Assembly: GCA_045536845.1 (NCBI GenBank)
Contig: JAZSOG010000027.1
Coordinates: forward strand, 30,721-94,720
DNA: 64,000 bases
Reading direction: 5' to 3'
Source: Kiritimatiellia bacterium
GTDB lineage: Bacteria > Verrucomicrobiota > Kiritimatiellia > RFP12 > UBA1067
The notes beneath the pieces are model-generated. The model searched no databases. It was not told the DNA's origin and saw nothing but the letters and a program-made list of their open reading frames with translations. Made by a program: the position numbers and the translations under genes. Positions 59,882 through 64,000 of this stretch are shown piece after piece (position 1 is the first letter of the stretch; every line of letters starts with the position of its first letter).

Positions 59882-61374
59882 GTCCTGTAGTTAGGAGCTT
59901 CCTTCGTGATCGTGATGTCGTGAGGACGCGCCTCGCGCTGGCCCGCCGCTGTCACGCGATAGAACTTGCCGCGCTCCTGGAGTTCCGCAATCGTCTTGGT
60001 GCCGCAGTAGCCGAGCGACGCCTTTAGCCCGCCGCAGAACTGCGTCATGATCGACTTCACGTGACCAGAGTAGGGAACCATTCCCTCGATGCCCTGCGGA
60101 ACGAGATCGTCCTCGGACTCGTTGTCCTGGAAGTAGCGTGCGCGCGAGCCCTTGCCGTTCTTGAGAGCGGCCATCGAGCCCATGCCGCGGTAAACGACAT
60201 ACTGGCGGCCGTTCGAGTAGATCTTCTCGCCCGGGCTTTCCTCGGTGCCTGCGAGGACGGAGCCAAGCATCACGGAGTCTGCGCCGGCAGCAAGCGCCTT
60301 CGGAACGTCACCCGAGAGCTTGATGCCGCCGTCCGCGATGACCGCCACTCCGCTTCCCCTAAGCGCCTTCGCAGCGCTGTACACGGCGGTGAGCTGCGGG
60401 ATGCCGACGCCGCAGACGACGCGAGTCGTGCAGATCGAGCCGGGACCGATGCCGACCTTGACAGCGTGTGCGCCGCACTTCGCGAGCGCCTTTGCCGCCT
60501 CGCCAGTCGCAATGTTGCCGGCAATGACGTCGATCTTCGGGAAGTGCTTGACGATGTACTTCGTCATCTCCATGATGCCCTTGGAGTGGCCGTGCGCCGA
60601 GTCAACAACGACACAGTCGACGCCTGCTTCCGCGAGCTTCTCCATGCGTGAAAGGTCGCCCTTCCCGCCGGAGACCGACGCGGAGACCCTGAGGCGGAAC
60701 TTCTCGTCGCAATTGTATGCCGCGTTCGGGTTTTCGATGATTCGCTCGACGTCGGTGAAGCTGTAGAGACCCACGACACGGCCGTCCTTGTCGATGAGAG
60801 GAAGCTTGCCGACCTTCGCCGCGCGCATGAGGTCGTAGGCCTTCTTGAGCGAGGTGCCGGGCTTCGCGGTGATAGGCGCAGGCTGCATGACGTCCTTGAG
60901 CTTCTTCGCTTCCATCGGCGCGAAGCGCATGTCGGACGAAGTGATCATTCCGACAAGGCGGTCGTCGGAGTCGAGCACGGGGAAACCGTTGAACTTGAGC
61001 CCCATGCGCTTCTTCTCAGAGCGGAGAAAGGAGATGTCGTCGTTCGCGTGGAAGCAGATGGGCTTGGCGATCATGCCGTTAAGGTAGTTCTTTACCTTTG
61101 CGACTTCCTTCGCCTGGTCGTCCTCCTCGAGGTTCTTGTGAATCACGCCAATGCCGCCCGCTATCGCCATCGCTATCGCCATCGGAGCCTCGGTCACAGT
61201 GTCCATCGCAGCCGAAATGAACGGAATCTTCATCGTCGTGCGGCTCGTGAGCTTCGTCTCGAGCGAAGCGTCGTCAGGGAGAAAATCGGCATATTGCGTG
61301 ACAAGCGTCACGTCATCGTAAGTTAGCCCCTCATAGGGGAAAGTCTTCATGAAATCGTCAAGATACTTGTTCAT
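59878..61374 (-). CDS. guaB: IMP dehydrogenase
   Basis: LTYDDVTLV, IPFISAAMDTVTE, CBS pair, GIGPGSICTTRVV catalytic loop, GGIKLSGD. Confidence 0.95.
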   Translation of the reverse strand: MNKYLDDFMKTFPYEGLTYDDVTLVTQYADFLPDDASLETKLTSRTTMKIPFISAAMDTVTEAPMAIAMAIAGGIGVIHKNLEEDDQAKEVAKVKNYLNGMIAKPICFHANDDISFLRSEKKRMGLKFNGFPVLDSDDRLVGMITSSDMRFAPMEAKKLKDVMQPAPITAKPGTSLKKAYDLMRAAKVGKLPLIDKDGRVVGLYSFTDVERIIENPNAAYNCDEKFRLRVSASVSGGKGDLSRMEKLAEAGVDCVVVDSAHGHSKGIMEMTKYIVKHFPKIDVIAGNIATGEAAKALAKCGAHAVKVGIGPGSICTTRVVCGVGIPQLTAVYSAAKALRGSGVAVIADGGIKLSGDVPKALAAGADSVMLGSVLAGTEESPGEKIYSNGRQYVVYRGMGSMAALKNGKGSRARYFQDNESEDDLVPQGIEGMVPYSGHVKSIMTQFCGGLKASLGYCGTKTIAELQERGKFYRVTAAGQREARPHDITITKEAPNYRT

Positions 61375-61424
61375 ATTCCATATTCACCTCGTGCAGGCGC
61401 ACGTGTCCTTTTTAGGTACATTAT

Positions 61425-61472
61425 ACTATTTTCCGCGTGGCTTCGCAATGGCGAAGTCAGGCGGAAAATAGT
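61425..61472. promoter_or_regulatory. Nested perfect palindrome ACTATTTTCCGC..CTTCGC-aatg-GCGAAG..GCGGAAAATAGT abutting the guaB -10
   Basis: Outer 12-bp arms at 61425-61436 and 61461-61472. Inner 6-bp arms at 61441-61446 and 61451-61456. The guaB TATAAT is the reverse complement of 61420-61425. Confidence 0.5.
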
Positions 61473-61581
61473 GTGGCGTCCGATACTTCCGGACAAGGTT
61501 TCGTGTATCCTTTCGGCACCTGGACGGATTCGGCGGCGGGTGCCGCCGGTCGATGCCGGAAAACAGAAAGGAAACGAAACA

Positions 61582-61790
61582 ATGAAACACATGGGACAAG
61601 ACGAACGCAACCGCATCGAGTTCATGCTCGGACTTCCGCGAGACCATGTGCACGAGGCTCAACCGCGCCCCGTACGTCTGCAACGGATGCGGACGCGAGC
61701 ACCGGAGTCGGAGCGGTGACCGAGGCGTGCTTCCGCACACAGCGACAAAGGGATTTGCTAGAAGTTATCGGATAAACTTGCGCTTACTTC
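61582..61790 (+). mobile_element. Possible relic of an IS30-family transposase N-terminus (frameshifted, truncated)
   Basis: Frame a reads MKHMGQDERNRIEFML, like the ..L..eER..Ie.. start of IS30 transposases. Frame b reads CTRLNRAPYVCNGCGREH, like the PYVCNGC box found downstream of the HTH in one IS30 subgroup. The two pieces are too close together and out of frame, and there is no DDE domain. Confidence 0.25.
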
Positions 61791-63909
61791 CAGAACTTGC
61801 GTTTAGTTCCGAACACGACGGATTTACGGGCTCGAATATGGCGACGGCGCCGCCCTCGTCGCAGAGGGCGAAGCTCTCCCGGCCGCTTTTGCGGACGCTG
61901 CGCGTGGAAACGGAAAGCGCCTTGGCGTCCGATGGCGTCCGCGCAGGATCGTCCGCGTAGACGCTCATTTTCCATTCGCCGTCGCCGAGAAAACCGAAGT
62001 CAAGGTCGATGGTCCTCGCGCGGACGGTCGTCGCGGCGAAATAGAACCTTCCGTCGTGCGCCTCGCGGACAACTGCATAGAACTCCCCGCACCTGCCGGC
62101 TACGGGACGCGTATCCTTCCACGCGGCAGGAAGGCCGCGCAGCGCCTCGATGCCGGCCGCGCCGCGATAGCGCTCCGGCCAGTCGCAGAGCGTCATGAGC
62201 GGCGAGTCGAACTGGATGCACTGCGCGATTGAGTGGGCGCGCGTCCCCATCTCCTCCGCCCAGTGTGGACAGCGATCCGTCTCGTCGCCGTAGCGATGGC
62301 CTTTCGCGACCTGCGGCGCGAAGTCCCTTGAATAGATGTTGCAGAACCCGCCTGGCGTGAAGTCGGCAGGTCCGAGCAGAAATCTTGTGAACGGCAGCGT
62401 CGCACAGTGTTCGGGCGTATTCTTGCGGTTGAAGATGTTCGCCTCGTTCCCAAGAACGGCCTCGCGCGTGATCATGTTGGGCCATGTGCGCTCCGCGCCG
62501 GTCGACTTGAACGACCCGTGGAAGTTGACCATGATCCTGTGGCGCGCGGCCACGCGGCAGACGCGTTCGCACCAGTTCACGATCTCCTGGTCCTGACGTT
62601 CGAGGAAGTCCGTCTTCACGCCGGAGACGCCCCACTTCTCAAGGCGCGAAAACGTCTCTTCAATGCCGACATCCTCGATCTCCATCCAGTGTATCCAGAC
62701 CCATATTCCCACGCCCTTCTCCTTCGCGAGCGAGACGATCCGCTCAAGGTCGAAACCCTTTCGCGGCTCAAGCCGGACGTTGGGTCCGTGGTTGGGACGC
62801 CGCGCGAAGCCGTACCATCCGCCGTCGATCGTGTGGTACGGCCAGCCCATCTCGGCGGCGAAATCAACGAGCTTCAGCGTGAGCTCCGTCGAGAGCGAGT
62901 TGTTCGACTCGACCCACCAGTCCCATGTGCTCGCGCCGGGCTTGACGAACGAGAAGTCGATCGACGGATCCGGCGGAGGATTCAAATTGACGATGATGTC
63001 GTTCTTGCGGATAAGGTCCAGAGCGTCGTCTCCGACGATCGCGACCCGCCATGGGCTCGCGGCCGGAGCGGTAGCGATTACCGCCACGTCCGCCGTCGCC
63101 GCGTGGCTCGGAGGTATCTTCGATAGCGACGCGACGAGGCGCGTGTCACCGTCGCGGTTCGCAGCGCGGTAGAAAAGCCCAGCCCAGTTGGATAGCGCCG
63201 CCTCGCACAGCGCGATCGTGGCACCTCGCGTTTCCACAAGGACCGGCATGCCGACGCAGCGCGAACCGTCGATCTCCGCGAGCGGACCGCGCACAAACGG
63301 CGCCTCATGCGAATTCTGTTCGCTCGCATAGGTCGTGGTCCACGCCAGGGTGTCCGGCTCGAATCGCCATTCTGTAAGCTCATCCTTTATCTGGAAACCG
63401 TCGAAGGCGGTCTGACGCGGAAACGCATAGCGGAAAGCAATGCCCTCGTCATACGCCCTGAACACGATGTCCATCCTCCGCGGATGTTTCGTGACAGCCG
63501 TTCCCCCGATTTCGATGCGCGCGGCGCGCGCTTCCACCTCCTCGAGTTCGACGACAAGTTCGTTGTAGCTGTCGCGCACTTTGCCGCGCCGGTAAAGAGA
63601 GGTCTCCCATGTTGTGTCGGCTTTTGAGCGACGCACGCCGAGAACGCGCATCGCGGCAAGTTCCGCGGCGTCTTTGTCGTAATCGTTAGCGATCGCGAAT
63701 CTGAACCCCATCGCGGAGGGCTTCACCAGTGTCTTCCCGTCGCGATGGAGCGACCAGCGCATTCCTCCGTCGTCCGTGCTGAAGACGGCCTGAAGCCGTC
63801 CATCGGGCGAAGAAACCGTCAACGGACTGTTTGTCCCATAGCCAGCCGCGAGCGCTGCGCTGAACGTCGCCAATATGGCCAGCGTTGTCCATTTTAATTT
63901 CCACTGCAT
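61765..63909 (-). CDS. GH97 family glycoside hydrolase (alpha-glucosidase/alpha-galactosidase type)
   Basis: Signal peptide MQWKLKWTTLAILATFSAALAAG (ATG at 63909; the track start at 63915 is a GTG). EKWGVSGVKTDFLERQDQEIVNW and the overall length are typical of GH97. Confidence 0.8.
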   Translation of the reverse strand: MQWKLKWTTLAILATFSAALAAGYGTNSPLTVSSPDGRLQAVFSTDDGGMRWSLHRDGKTLVKPSAMGFRFAIANDYDKDAAELAAMRVLGVRRSKADTTWETSLYRRGKVRDSYNELVVELEEVEARAARIEIGGTAVTKHPRRMDIVFRAYDEGIAFRYAFPRQTAFDGFQIKDELTEWRFEPDTLAWTTTYASEQNSHEAPFVRGPLAEIDGSRCVGMPVLVETRGATIALCEAALSNWAGLFYRAANRDGDTRLVASLSKIPPSHAATADVAVIATAPAASPWRVAIVGDDALDLIRKNDIIVNLNPPPDPSIDFSFVKPGASTWDWWVESNNSLSTELTLKLVDFAAEMGWPYHTIDGGWYGFARRPNHGPNVRLEPRKGFDLERIVSLAKEKGVGIWVWIHWMEIEDVGIEETFSRLEKWGVSGVKTDFLERQDQEIVNWCERVCRVAARHRIMVNFHGSFKSTGAERTWPNMITREAVLGNEANIFNRKNTPEHCATLPFTRFLLGPADFTPGGFCNIYSRDFAPQVAKGHRYGDETDRCPHWAEEMGTRAHSIAQCIQFDSPLMTLCDWPERYRGAAGIEALRGLPAAWKDTRPVAGRCGEFYAVVREAHDGRFYFAATTVRARTIDLDFGFLGDGEWKMSVYADDPARTPSDAKALSVSTRSVRKSGRESFALCDEGGAVAIFEPVNPSCSELNASSGSKRKFIR

Positions 63910-63911
63910 AA

Positions 63912-64000
63912 TCACGTGGCGCGGCGGGCGCTTTCGAGAGTGTTCCAGAGGAGCATCGTTATCGTCATCGGCCCGACGCCTCCCGGAACGGGAGTAATTG
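63912..64000 (-). CDS. folD: Methylenetetrahydrofolate dehydrogenase/cyclohydrolase, C-terminal 28 codons (5' part outside window)
   Basis: Hand translation of the minus strand from the window edge gives ITPVPGGVGPMTITMLLWNTLESARRAT*. ITPVPGGVGPMT is the conserved FolD C-terminal motif. The stop lies 2 nt before the GH97 ATG. Confidence 0.7.
   Translation of the reverse strand, partial: ITPVPGGVGPMTITMLLWNTLESARRAT

Noticed and set aside
61471-61960. ORFs 61471..61719 (+) and 61646..61960 (+) as functional genes
   Set aside because: Both are Arg-rich and the second overlaps the 3' end of the well-supported GH97 gene. At most they carry fragments of a decayed transposase (reported separately at low confidence).
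1-64000. CRISPR arrays, rRNA, tRNA, prophage or integrase genes
   Set aside because: No regularly spaced direct repeats with unique spacers were seen, and no conserved rRNA or tRNA sequence features. No recombinase or phage structural motifs were found in any credible ORF.

Overview
Visibly GC-rich bacterial chromosomal DNA. I found no rRNA, tRNA or CRISPR array and make 32 protein-coding calls. All family names come from reading motifs by eye; no searches were run.

Layout:
1. 0-3.2 kb: the 3' end of a membrane acyltransferase-like gene, plus a NarL/LuxR-type two-component system on the minus strand.
2. 3.2-42.2 kb: an unbroken plus-strand block of exported glycan-processing proteins. It holds a serine hydrolase, a beta-helix protein and three giant modular exoproteins (1310, 2531 and 1617 aa). 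The giants combine SGNH or alpha/beta-hydrolase esterase domains, Ig-like domains, a LTD-CotH-LTD unit or a phytase-like propeller, and repeated copies of one ~170-aa lectin-like module. The block also holds an autotransporter-type beta-strand-repeat protein, DUF1080, GH27/NPCBM, a metallophosphoesterase and a nucleoside-hydrolase-like/GH106-like fusion.
3. 42.3-43.4 kb: a coiled-coil membrane protein.
4. 43.6-49.1 kb: a tightly packed minus-strand five-gene operon with locally depressed GC. It runs membrane metzincin-like protein, helical lipoprotein, small secreted protein, DUF262-HNH nuclease, then a 57-aa signal-peptide ORF.
5. 49.6-56.3 kb: a fucose module (fucI, two GH29 genes, one fused to an alpha/beta hydrolase, and a divergent XylR/AraC regulator).
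6. 56.3-64 kb: housekeeping genes (Ser/Thr kinase, lepB, guaB, GH97, folD 3' end).

Most interesting observations:
- A TACCCA-N2-TGGGTA palindrome abuts the -35 of all seven plus-strand transcription units between 3.2 and 34 kb. One copy lies in the divergent promoter region of the two-component system, which suggests a dedicated regulon.
- Ten copies of an apparently unassigned lectin-like module occur, with a 110-nt perfect-identity tract between two paralogues.
- The low-GC operon couples extracytoplasmic proteins to a type-IV-restriction-like nuclease, and is bordered by a ~140-nt structured inverted repeat.
- Leaderless-type promoters recur, with the -10 hexamer exactly 6 nt from the ATG.

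The content resembles PVC-group (Lentisphaerota, Kiritimatiellota or Verrucomicrobiota-like) glycan degraders. That is inference only.
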